Below, one piece after another: positions 56,163 through 64,000 of a DNA stretch of 64,000 nucleotides. The position numbers and the translations under genes are program-made. A model generated the notes under the pieces. That model worked only from the letters and a program-made list of their open reading frames with translations. It ran no database searches and was not told the DNA's origin. How positions within the stretch are numbered: position 1 is the stretch's first letter; each line of letters begins with the position of its first letter. The stretch lies in the IMG/VR virus record IMGVR_UViG_3300008954_000001. The stretch is one strand, 5' to 3'. Source of the stretch: a virus (lineage: Duplodnaviria; Caudoviricetes).

Positions 56163-56843
56163 CTAAGCCTCCTTCACACGCTTACTCGCCTCGGCTTTCC
56201 ACTCGTCATCGAGTTTACTTGCAAACTTAGAAATGACAGTCTCCACCATTTCAGGGCGAGAACCACACTCCAACATTGATTCTTTGAAGGTTTCCACCAA
56301 AAGCTCAAACACCGCCCCAAACTCAGGGCCGTCTACATCCAAGGCTTGTTGGGCCAACTGAGACTTTCGCTTAAGCCAAGTGTCTCCAACCGCTTGAAGA
56401 ATCCGTGCTCGACGGATGGATAGTTGTGATGTGGCATCCCCTTTTCGTTCGGCTTCTTCTCGCTCAAACTTCAAACTGGCGGCTTCTTCCGCCAGTTCGG
56501 ACATCACATTACGAAGCACCTCAGGGGATTCAGGGGCTTCCTGTGTAGCGATTAAAATGGAATCGCAATCACGGGCCGCATCCTTCCGACGAATGGAGTT
56601 AGCAACCGCCTCGTTCGCTATGGGGGCGGATCGGGGAGCATACTTCCGTCCCGGCTTACCCTTCATTGTGATGGGTGCGCCCTTCTTATCTGTCTGGATT
56701 ACATCCGTTTCGATGACATCTTGAAGGTTGCGGTACTTCTCTTTACCGAATTCATCGGTAACTTTGACCCGCATAGCATCGTCTGGACACATCCGAAGCA
56801 GGCGGTAACGCTCTTCTTTCGTCTGCTTTTTGTTGGCTGCCAT
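56163..56843 (-). CDS. Possible terminase small subunit
   Basis: 226-aa helical protein directly upstream of TerL. Assignment is positional only. Confidence 0.45.
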   Translation of the reverse strand: MAANKKQTKEERYRLLRMCPDDAMRVKVTDEFGKEKYRNLQDVIETDVIQTDKKGAPITMKGKPGRKYAPRSAPIANEAVANSIRRKDAARDCDSILIATQEAPESPEVLRNVMSELAEEAASLKFEREEAERKGDATSQLSIRRARILQAVGDTWLKRKSQLAQQALDVDGPEFGAVFELLVETFKESMLECGSRPEMVETVISKFASKLDDEWKAEASKRVKEA

Positions 56844-56857
56844 TCCCTCTCCACAGG

Positions 56858-57325
56858 TTAGAAGTCTGGCCCCGTAATAGCCGGGGAGCCTTCAGACATT
56901 ACCCCTGTGGTGGGATCAAGCGTGAGGTTTTCTGTGTAATCGACCAACTCCAAGGTAATATCTTGGGGGCCGTTTGGACCACTAATGGTCACATCAGCAT
57001 CTACCGCCACTGCGCTGAACCCTGCGATACCGTCATTAAGGGTAGCTCCAATCGCATCAGCGATATTTGAAGCGGTATCGTTCACATTACCGGCAATCTC
57101 CCAATGAGTGCCTTCAACCAGTTCAATGTCCCCTAATGTAATTCGGGAACCTTTTGATGAAATGGCGTTCGTTGCGATTACCGTAAGGGTAGCTTCACAG
57201 GCGGTGGGGTTTCCGGTCAAATTTGCATTGATAACCTTCCCCCCACCGAGATCAATGTGTTGATAGGTCACTGTCCCCAATGCGGGGGAGATAATTTCAA
57301 AGCGACCTTTTGTTTTGCGTGTCAT
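56858..57325 (-). CDS. Hypothetical virion structural protein
   Basis: Beta-rich, TASNIADAI...AVDADVTISG pattern like sheath-associated domains. Confidence 0.6.
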   Translation of the reverse strand: MTRKTKGRFEIISPALGTVTYQHIDLGGGKVINANLTGNPTACEATLTVIATNAISSKGSRITLGDIELVEGTHWEIAGNVNDTASNIADAIGATLNDGIAGFSAVAVDADVTISGPNGPQDITLELVDYTENLTLDPTTGVMSEGSPAITGPDF

Positions 57326-57921
57326 TCGATGTCTCCTATGGGTTCACCCACCAGACTAAAATCGTAGGGCGGTTTTTCAATTCCTGGGCGGCCTTCGGAG
57401 TCTGTCATTCGTTGTTGTAACAGGTAAATAAAGACCTCATGTTGATTTGCTAATGTCATTAGATAATCATCCATACCAAGAGACAGGCTATCCATGCCTT
57501 TTAGTAGGTCATAGGCAGTGCGAATCGTGACTTGTAGGTCTTCTTCCCCCGCCAAAGCTCTCAAAAGCGGGCAATCCACTTCTTTGAACCTTGAGATATG
57601 TGCTTGCGCTTTATCCATTTGGGAGAAAGGGCTGACCGAATCGGGGCCAAATAGCCCAACACACTTTTCGGCAAGCTGGTCAATCTCTCCCGTCATCTGG
57701 TTATACATGCGCTCAAACAACTGGTGATCCCCATAGCTGGATTGGCCTTTTGCTGACCAATGCGCTGACCAGTGCATCCACCGCAACCCTCGAAGCGTTG
57801 CGAGAGTTACCGTAAGAATAGTCTGTGCTGCATGAACGTGCGTAGGGACACCTACCAAATAGGCTTTCTTTAGGTGTCGTGACGCAACTCTGGCAGCAAG
57901 TCTACTCATCATCTTCCCCAA
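57322..57921 (-). CDS. Dps/ferritin-like protein
   Basis: H-x-x-x-HW...G...DHQLFERMY...EIDQLAE ferroxidase-centre pattern, C-terminal HEVFIYLL helix. Confidence 0.85.
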   Translation of the reverse strand: MGKMMSRLAARVASRHLKKAYLVGVPTHVHAAQTILTVTLATLRGLRWMHWSAHWSAKGQSSYGDHQLFERMYNQMTGEIDQLAEKCVGLFGPDSVSPFSQMDKAQAHISRFKEVDCPLLRALAGEEDLQVTIRTAYDLLKGMDSLSLGMDDYLMTLANQHEVFIYLLQQRMTDSEGRPGIEKPPYDFSLVGEPIGDIE

Positions 57922-60139
57922 GGCTCATCCCACCAAAGAACACCCCCGCCAACTCTTCGTGTTCGGGAGTGTCGTTGAAATCGAACCCTGTCATGGAATC
58001 GTTCGACAGTTGAAACTCGGATGGGTCGTAGCCCGAAAACAAAGAAGCCGTGATTTCTGCATCACTGGCTCTGGCAAGCCGAAGAGCCTCTGCTTGATAC
58101 TTCTTCGGGTTCTCAACCGGAGCTTCCTCTACCAGAATCTTATTGTACTTCTGACAAACAGAAAGCCCGTCAGGGAGTTTGTTTGCGAACTTACAAGTCC
58201 CACATCGAGGCATACACAAAGCGAACTTCAAGCCGTTCGTTCTGTGCCTGTCTGCGCCCCTGTCACAGCCTTTGGTTCCTTCGGGAGTGGCGTAGGCTTC
58301 GGTGTCTACATAAACTTGCCCTGAAAGGCCCTCGTGGGCCTCACGAATCTGAATAAGCTCATGACCAGCCGCCTCTACCAAACGCTTTGAAAAGCGAGCG
58401 GAAAGAAGGTCGTCGAAATCCTTGCCCAACACGCCCTCAGACATCTGAATCCGAGACCACTTAACGAGCTTCCGAACATCTACGCTACTGGTTTTGGTGG
58501 TTCGACTCTCTGGGATCGCCTCTGTGTAAATGGCTTCCGAATACTCTCGAACAGGTGTAGCGGTAATCTCGCCACGCTTCGAGTTGTTCAAAGCCACCAC
58601 CGCAGATGCAGCGTGTACTAACTCGCCCGCATTACGCTTGGACTTGAGTAGCCTATCCGCTTGTCGTTGTGTGATTTGAGCCTTATCCGCCAAAGCCTGA
58701 ACATGCTCTTTGGCCTGATCCAACTTGCTTTTCTTCAAGTCAGCCGTGACCTTCTTGGCCCACTCATGCTTGAGCTTACGAGCCTGACCTACATCCTTCG
58801 TATGGATGCCACTCGGCTTGTAGTCTTTACCCGCTGTCGGAAAGGCCGCTGCGGTAGCAAAGCGAAGCATCTCTTTAGGACTCGCCCCACTATTGATGAT
58901 CTCTTTAGCGGCCTTTTTCGTCAGTGAACCATTCCGCACCAACTCAAGGACATGCTTCTGAGCACGGGTCTTCAACACCGTGTCCAGCGTATCGCCCGTA
59001 ATCTTAGCTTGCGCTTGCTTCTTAGAAGCCGAGAACTTCTCTTTTGCCTCGGCCATACTGACCGACTCTACGGGCGTTTTGTGTGTCGTAAAGGCTTCTC
59101 TGCGCCTCGGCTTCCTCGTAGGCTTCGTAGTAAAGGCGGTTTTAAGGGCTGTGCGAGGGTCCGAACCAGCGACCTTGATGCCCAAGGCTTTGAGTCGTGG
59201 GGCATAAACCCTCAACGCTTCCTTCCAAGGAATATCAAGAACAACTCGCTTACCGAGGTAGTTCTCAAAAGCGGCCATCTTCGTGTTTGGCTCTGCCAAA
59301 ATATAGGCGGCGGAGGCACACTTCGTCTTAATGAGAGAGTCCCATTTTCCGTTGTGCATCCCAGGAAAGGCTGACGCTCGAATAAACACGTTTCCAGCTA
59401 AACCGTGCTCCTCTGAAATCAGGCCAGCCAAAAGCCGTGCCGTGGTGTCGGGAGTTTCAAGCTCTTCGGCGGCTTCTTTCAGCAACGCCTCCATCGAATA
59501 ACCACAAGCGGATCGCCGCATAGCTTTTTGCATGGCGGCTTTTACATTGTCGTAGCCTGGAAGCCCTGATGTTTGGCCGGGATCACGAACTTCAGCTTGA
59601 TACCGCTCAACCTCTTTGTTCCGATTAGGAATCAGTTCCAACCCGTTTGTTCGAGTCTCTACCCACGCTTGTTGGAGAGCAGCCTGAGCCTTATCCACAG
59701 GATTGACAGGAAGCCTGTCTTCATCTTGTTCGAGCGAGGGATCAAGCCAATCGAGATTGGCGAGGGAGGATTTCTTCCCAAGCTGCGAGTTCTCTTCCTC
59801 TGAAAGAACAGCACCAGAAGCCAGCAGTCCCCAAGGATCGCCCATATGTTTATGGAGGGGGCCGCTGCGCTGCTTCACTTGGACGGCTGGCCCTGTGTAG
59901 TTGCTGGGGGCGGAAGGGGGTCCAGCTTCAGCATCTTTTTCATCGGGGCTTTCGGGAAGGATGCCTTCAGGAAGCTCGGCCATGCCGTAGGCTTCAGGTA
60001 ACACGGCCCCGTCTTCAACGCCGTCTCCGTAATCCATATCAAAATCAAAGCCGTCTAAGCCGTAATTGAAACCGGAAGTTGGGACATGGCCGCCATCGGG
60101 GAGATGAGACTCGCTCTGCTTCGCTTTTTTCTTACTCAT
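57902..60139 (-). CDS. Large hypothetical head-module protein with internal duplications and Cys-rich C-terminal domain
   Basis: 745 aa. HGLAGNVFI/HEGLSGQVYV duplication; C...CxxxCxxC...C. Confidence 0.8.
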   Translation of the reverse strand: MSKKKAKQSESHLPDGGHVPTSGFNYGLDGFDFDMDYGDGVEDGAVLPEAYGMAELPEGILPESPDEKDAEAGPPSAPSNYTGPAVQVKQRSGPLHKHMGDPWGLLASGAVLSEEENSQLGKKSSLANLDWLDPSLEQDEDRLPVNPVDKAQAALQQAWVETRTNGLELIPNRNKEVERYQAEVRDPGQTSGLPGYDNVKAAMQKAMRRSACGYSMEALLKEAAEELETPDTTARLLAGLISEEHGLAGNVFIRASAFPGMHNGKWDSLIKTKCASAAYILAEPNTKMAAFENYLGKRVVLDIPWKEALRVYAPRLKALGIKVAGSDPRTALKTAFTTKPTRKPRRREAFTTHKTPVESVSMAEAKEKFSASKKQAQAKITGDTLDTVLKTRAQKHVLELVRNGSLTKKAAKEIINSGASPKEMLRFATAAAFPTAGKDYKPSGIHTKDVGQARKLKHEWAKKVTADLKKSKLDQAKEHVQALADKAQITQRQADRLLKSKRNAGELVHAASAVVALNNSKRGEITATPVREYSEAIYTEAIPESRTTKTSSVDVRKLVKWSRIQMSEGVLGKDFDDLLSARFSKRLVEAAGHELIQIREAHEGLSGQVYVDTEAYATPEGTKGCDRGADRHRTNGLKFALCMPRCGTCKFANKLPDGLSVCQKYNKILVEEAPVENPKKYQAEALRLARASDAEITASLFSGYDPSEFQLSNDSMTGFDFNDTPEHEELAGVFFGGMSLGEDDE

Positions 60140-60762
60140 TTGGTTCTCCCATTAGTTCGGCCAAGGACTCGATTGATGGCGGCGGTTTTCCTGTGGGCTT
60201 GCCTACCTGAAAATTGATCTTCAACAACCTCATCGGCGGCGGCCTCTGGATTCTCTTTGATCTCCTCCACATCTTCCATGATGTCTTTGACCTCATCCCT
60301 CTGTCGATCCACGGTAGGGTTATCCATAGACCAATGGGGAGCATTGATTTCGTCGTACAAGGTGTCCGTAAGGGAAGAAAGGGCTTCGGAGCAGTTCATA
60401 AACTGCCGTCGCATCGCACGGATTTCTTGAATATAGCCCTTACCGCCAAGATTGCCGTCTGGTGAGATCAAGGCTGATTTGAGTTTCGCAAACTCATGAT
60501 AAGAGCTTTGTGTGTGGCCCAAGGCCATAAGACATGAACGAAGGCATTTCGCCAAAGGCTTTAGTCGAGCGGGTGAAAACTCAAACTCAACATTCAAATC
60601 TCGCTCGGACGGCCCTGTATCGGCGTAGGCCCAGTTTTTCTCATCTGAACCACGGTCCTTGATGAAACGAACTTCACCCGCTGTCTTGGACATAGCGGCT
60701 GTTTTTGAGCGCAGATACCGTGTCACTACACGACTCGCCATCCTATTGCGTTTATCGGCCAT
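60136..60762 (-). CDS. Hypothetical head-module protein
   Basis: 208 aa, SD GGAGG. N-terminal RVVTRYL..KTA motif. Confidence 0.8.
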   Translation of the reverse strand: MADKRNRMASRVVTRYLRSKTAAMSKTAGEVRFIKDRGSDEKNWAYADTGPSERDLNVEFEFSPARLKPLAKCLRSCLMALGHTQSSYHEFAKLKSALISPDGNLGGKGYIQEIRAMRRQFMNCSEALSSLTDTLYDEINAPHWSMDNPTVDRQRDEVKDIMEDVEEIKENPEAAADEVVEDQFSGRQAHRKTAAINRVLGRTNGRTK

Positions 60763-60794
60763 ACGGCAAACCTCCGTTTCTACAATCGACTATA

Positions 60795-60810
60795 GATAGG
60801 GACTTTACCG
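60795..60810 (-). promoter_or_regulatory. Conserved intergenic motif copy (CGGTA-aagt-CCCTAT-C)
   Basis: About 33 nt upstream of the 60762 start; near-identical to the 30862 copy. Confidence 0.6.
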
Positions 60811-60830
60811 TTGGACGGGCAGGGCCAGAT

Positions 60831-61373
60831 TTATGTTTGAAGCGGACCATCAGATTCCTCGAACAGACGTTCAATGACCCAAGCATCACCGTCTTGCTGG
60901 AGGGACCACATATCGTCCGTAGATTTATGAACAAGCTCGCCCTCAACTTGGTTGCCAGCAACCAATAAGAACTCACTAAGATCCCCAAGGCTGGCGACTC
61001 GCATCTTATCTACTCGAAGATGCCGCCGATCCACGGGCATTACATCATGGTTACCGTCCCACCGTACAAAAACCATCTCATCATGGCTGGTCTTATTACC
61101 AAGCGACGTATGAACTCGGACAACCGTGCCAATCGTGCCTGCTTCGGGAGGGTCGGGGTATGAAAGAACAGAGCCGACATTCACGATGAAGGCGACCCGT
61201 GTACCTTCCGCTACGGGAAGAGGGATCGCATGGGCCGCACGGCCCTTGTCGGTCAAGGCTTGCATGGAGGACGTTCGAGCGTCACCAAGCTGTTTACCCT
61301 TCAAATGAGAGTCGATAGCCTCGTTTACTCTGGCAACATAGTTACCTGTCAGTTCGTCCCAAAATTCGCTCAT
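60831..61373 (-). CDS. Hypothetical protein with SH3-like barrel
   Basis: GTRVAF...GTVVRV...VFVRWDG pattern. SD GGAGG. Confidence 0.75.
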   Translation of the reverse strand: MSEFWDELTGNYVARVNEAIDSHLKGKQLGDARTSSMQALTDKGRAAHAIPLPVAEGTRVAFIVNVGSVLSYPDPPEAGTIGTVVRVHTSLGNKTSHDEMVFVRWDGNHDVMPVDRRHLRVDKMRVASLGDLSEFLLVAGNQVEGELVHKSTDDMWSLQQDGDAWVIERLFEESDGPLQT

Positions 61374-61388
61374 TTTCTGCCTCCAAAA

Positions 61389-61742
61389 TCACTCATGGAA
61401 ATCCACACCAATCTTTCTCTGATGAGCATCCCAACGATCCATCATCTTCAAAAGATCCCGCTGGAAAGCCGCAAGCACCCCATGGACCGCCTTCCTCATT
61501 GATTTGGGATAGCCCGTGTTACCCGTAATCGAGTACAAAATGGCCTCATGCAGTCCTGTCCCATCATAGTAACGAGACTTTTTCATCAAATCGTCCAAAG
61601 GGTTGTCTACAAGTTGTTCAAGCCCCTTGGCCCACTCGTCTGTGTCATACGCCTCTGACCCCTTCTTCACTAATGGAAGAAGGTCTTTCCGCAATTCTGG
61701 ATGCTCATAAGCCAGCTTAATGATCTGATTTCTTAAGCTCAT
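61389..61742 (-). CDS. Hypothetical protein
   Basis: ATGA overlap at 61739-61742 gives the start MSLRNQIIKLAYEHPELRKDLLPLV. Confidence 0.7.
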   Translation of the reverse strand: MSLRNQIIKLAYEHPELRKDLLPLVKKGSEAYDTDEWAKGLEQLVDNPLDDLMKKSRYYDGTGLHEAILYSITGNTGYPKSMRKAVHGVLAAFQRDLLKMMDRWDAHQRKIGVDFHE

Positions 61743-62917
61743 AGTGTGCTCCGTACAACTGACCAGCCCACCGTACCCGTTTGAACCCCATCGAAAGTGA
61801 TTGTAAAGCCTTCGCTTGTCTTCGCTCCAATGGCGGGTGCGGCGTTCATAGAACACTCAGTACAAACGAAGTATTGATTATCAGGTTGGGAGACAGCAAA
61901 GGTCACGGTTTCAGCAGCACTCGCAGCAAAGGCGATTTCTCCTGTGGAACCACTCTCTGAAAGCGTCCCGTCACCCGCCAGATCCCCGTGAGACGATCCC
62001 ACGGAAACAGCAGTTACGGTGTTGTTCAGGGTCAAATCCCCAATCATGCAGCCGATTACCCGTGCCGACCTATCTCCACCAATAGTTACATCCCCAACAT
62101 TCGGGCATCCGGCAATAACGACAGAATTCCCACCAGTTAGGTTGATCAGAACATCTCCCACTTCACCACATTCCTCAATACGGTGGCTGGTGGCCGCAAT
62201 ATCGGACACCGCCGAAGCGGTCGTATAAGCAATCTGAATGTCAGAAAGTCGCTGGATGCCTTTGAGAAGGACACTGGCACACTGGTCAATCTCAATCAAA
62301 GTCGTTGCCACAGGGTTCCAATCGCCCCCCACCGCTACAATGTTGCCCACAGTGGAAGCTCGCAAAGGCCGAGAACCTACTCCCGACGCTTGCAGTTCAC
62401 AGTTTTGAATACGAATACGGTCCTCTCCGATTGTCGATCCCGCCCCGCCGATTACTCGAACGCACGAGGAAGAGTCCTCAGATGACTGAACTCGTAGATC
62501 CACCAAATCTAAAGTTTTGGGGGTGGTGGAAACACCAGCCTGGATGGTGAACGTGTCGCCCGCTGCTGCGGAAACTACAGGTCTACCGATCCCAACAACG
62601 CTGATCCCATCCTTATCAATAGTGATGTTTTCGCTGTAAGTTCCAGAGGTTACAAGGATTGTGTGGGGATTTGTTGCGCTGGAAGTGGCCGAAACCGCAT
62701 CCACAGCGTCTTGAATTGTGCTGTATTGAGCATTGTCCCCAACCACCAAGACAGTCGCATTGGCGGTAACTCCCGCAAGGCGGGCCAGCCCGATCCCGTC
62801 CGTAACCTTCGCATCGACAAACTCAAGGTCGCCATCGGTTGAACGAGAAATCGTCAGGGTGTCGCCACTGGAAGCCTCTATTTGGATTGCGTCTAACTGG
62901 ATTGGGTCTTGCGCCAT
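61739..62917 (-). CDS. Virion protein with pectin-lyase-like beta-helix and small C-terminal beta domain
   Basis: YSTIQDAVDA...TILVTSGTYSENITI (pectinesterase-like N-cap) followed by beta-helix-like repeats. C-terminal VTF...Y.V...KT.EGFTI. Confidence 0.7.
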   Translation of the reverse strand: MAQDPIQLDAIQIEASSGDTLTISRSTDGDLEFVDAKVTDGIGLARLAGVTANATVLVVGDNAQYSTIQDAVDAVSATSSATNPHTILVTSGTYSENITIDKDGISVVGIGRPVVSAAAGDTFTIQAGVSTTPKTLDLVDLRVQSSEDSSSCVRVIGGAGSTIGEDRIRIQNCELQASGVGSRPLRASTVGNIVAVGGDWNPVATTLIEIDQCASVLLKGIQRLSDIQIAYTTASAVSDIAATSHRIEECGEVGDVLINLTGGNSVVIAGCPNVGDVTIGGDRSARVIGCMIGDLTLNNTVTAVSVGSSHGDLAGDGTLSESGSTGEIAFAASAAETVTFAVSQPDNQYFVCTECSMNAAPAIGAKTSEGFTITFDGVQTGTVGWSVVRSTL

Positions 62918-62928
62918 GATCTCAACTC

Positions 62929-63357
62929 CTACACGAACACGTCATAGCCAACGGAACCTGTGAAGGTTGCGCCAAGCTCGACAGTGAAGCCCGTAATGGT
63001 CTTGTTTGTGACCCGGATAGGGACAAACTCGCCAACCGAAACATGGACTCGATAGGTTGCGGCGTTTAGGGCCGATGAAAAGACAACATCTTTAGATGCC
63101 TCAGTGTCGAATTCAAGCGTCCCGCTTACAGATGAAGATGCCATAAGATCCTCCAACTCAGCCATGGCGGTCTGAATGTCGTCCGTCACTTCTTGTGGAA
63201 GCTCGATGTAAGCGTCAGCAATCGACCCTTGGGGCGTAATAATATTACGGACGGAAACGACCCCTGAAATGTCTTGAACAACAGTGAATGTGTACTCCTC
63301 ACTTAAAGCCGTGATGGAGCGATACGTGGATTCTGTTTTGTACCTTGTCAGAGCCAT
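62929..63357 (-). CDS. Small virion protein with a gp53/H-lectin-like C-terminal domain
   Basis: VVFSSAL...TYRV...VTNKTITGFTV, homologous to the C-terminus of 61739..62917. Confidence 0.65.
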   Translation of the reverse strand: MALTRYKTESTYRSITALSEEYTFTVVQDISGVVSVRNIITPQGSIADAYIELPQEVTDDIQTAMAELEDLMASSSVSGTLEFDTEASKDVVFSSALNAATYRVHVSVGEFVPIRVTNKTITGFTVELGATFTGSVGYDVFV

Positions 63358-63678
63358 CTACCAGATCCCCGTAGTCAGATACCCTCGGTCGGTGAGCCAC
63401 TTATCGAGCTTCACCAATTCGGAATGATTGGAGGACCAGATCGTAAGGGAACCAGCGTTTTCTTCTTTACCCATACCAAGGTCAGTTATCGGCTCGATCC
63501 CTCGGATACGGGCCTTCCCATCCCTGAAAGATCGCAGCAGATTGTTGATGTTCTTGATGGGCTTAGATGACCCTGCTTCATATACCGTCACACGGTATTC
63601 AGGCGTAGCATGGCTCTGTAGCCATCGCTCGGCTACCTCCTTGGCCATTACTACCCGTTTTTTGCAGGGCTTACTCAT
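63358..63678 (-). CDS. Hypothetical protein
   Basis: 106 aa, SD AAGGAGG. N-terminal EVAERWL motif. Confidence 0.75.
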   Translation of the reverse strand: MSKPCKKRVVMAKEVAERWLQSHATPEYRVTVYEAGSSKPIKNINNLLRSFRDGKARIRGIEPITDLGMGKEENAGSLTIWSSNHSELVKLDKWLTDRGYLTTGIW

Positions 63679-63716
63679 TTAGTTCGCCTCCTTCGGCTCT
63701 CCTGTAAAGAAATGCC

Positions 63717-63732
63717 AATAGGCTACGAACCG
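63717..63732 (-). promoter_or_regulatory. Conserved intergenic motif copy (CGGTT-cgta-GCCTAT-T)
   Basis: About 39 nt upstream of the 63678 start. Confidence 0.5.
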
Positions 63733-63738
63733 ACAACC

Positions 63739-64000
63739 TCAATCCACCGTGAAGATGGGGGTCTCCTCTTTCTCAATGCGTCGAATCTCTCGCAAAATCG
63801 ACAAATTCTGTGAGATCACTCGAAACAGTGAGGCGTAAGTCTCCATTGTGGGGACCACCGCCATCCGTTCGATAGTTCTAATGAACCTGTGTCGAACGAA
63901 TCCTTGGGACACGTTGAGCTTCTTAGCAACCGTGCTCTGACATTTCGTGTCGTACATCCCAACCATGACTTCGACATCGATAGGATCGGTCAAAAATCCC
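63739..64000 (-). CDS. C-terminal fragment of an HTH (sigma region-4-like) protein, truncated by the window edge
   Basis: Frame is open to position 64000. CQSTVAKKLNVSQGFVRHRFIR is an HTH pattern like sigma-70 region 4. Confidence 0.55.
   Translation of the reverse strand, partial: GFLTDPIDVEVMVGMYDTKCQSTVAKKLNVSQGFVRHRFIRTIERMAVVPTMETYASLFRVISQNLSILREIRRIEKEETPIFTVD

Noticed and set aside
42690-57921. Cellular encapsulin plus ferritin-like cargo operon
   Set aside because: Terminase, portal, protease, neck and sheath genes show this is a tailed-phage capsid. The encapsulin parallel is kept only as an analogy.
1-64000. Stop-codon reassignment (alternative genetic code)
   Set aside because: Long genes are intact under code 11, and TAA, TAG and TGA all end genes at sensible operon junctions.
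1-64000. tRNA, rRNA, integrase, transposase or reverse transcriptase/DGR
   Set aside because: None was recognisable by eye. Spacers are short and explained by terminators and leaders. tRNAscan-SE was not run, so a small RNA could have been missed.

Overview
The window is the virion-morphogenesis region of a large, probably jumbo-class, contractile-tailed dsDNA phage (Caudoviricetes, myovirus-like) using the standard genetic code. Nearly all structural genes are on the minus strand. In transcription order (right to left) it encodes: a partial HTH/sigma-like gene, small virion proteins, several uncharacterised head-module proteins, a Dps/ferritin-like protein, a possible TerS, TerL, portal, a 1258-aa polyprotein starting with a CCA-adding (class II nucleotidyltransferase) domain, two acidic scaffold-like proteins, the prohead protease, a decoration protein and an HK97-fold major capsid protein. 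After these come a patatin/triple-HTH island, giant Ig-like and fibre proteins, neck proteins, an accessory island (thermonuclease, peptide deformylase, ABC-ATPase-GNAT fusion, possible spanins), an actin-like ATPase among the neck genes, and a 1639-aa tail sheath. No tRNA, rRNA, CRISPR array, integrase or transposase was recognised. Best candidate for an undescribed system: a short [R/K/E/N]-[V/I]-[A/V]-x-R-[Y/W/H]-L...(K)xA peptide on many otherwise unrelated head-module proteins, including the Dps-like protein and the CCA-enzyme polyprotein. It may be a capsid cargo-loading or protease-processing tag that packages protective enzymes into the virion. Also notable are the actin homologue in the neck operon and a conserved intergenic motif CRRTA-N4-NCYTAT upstream of most transcription units. 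All family calls come from motifs read by eye; no database searches were run.
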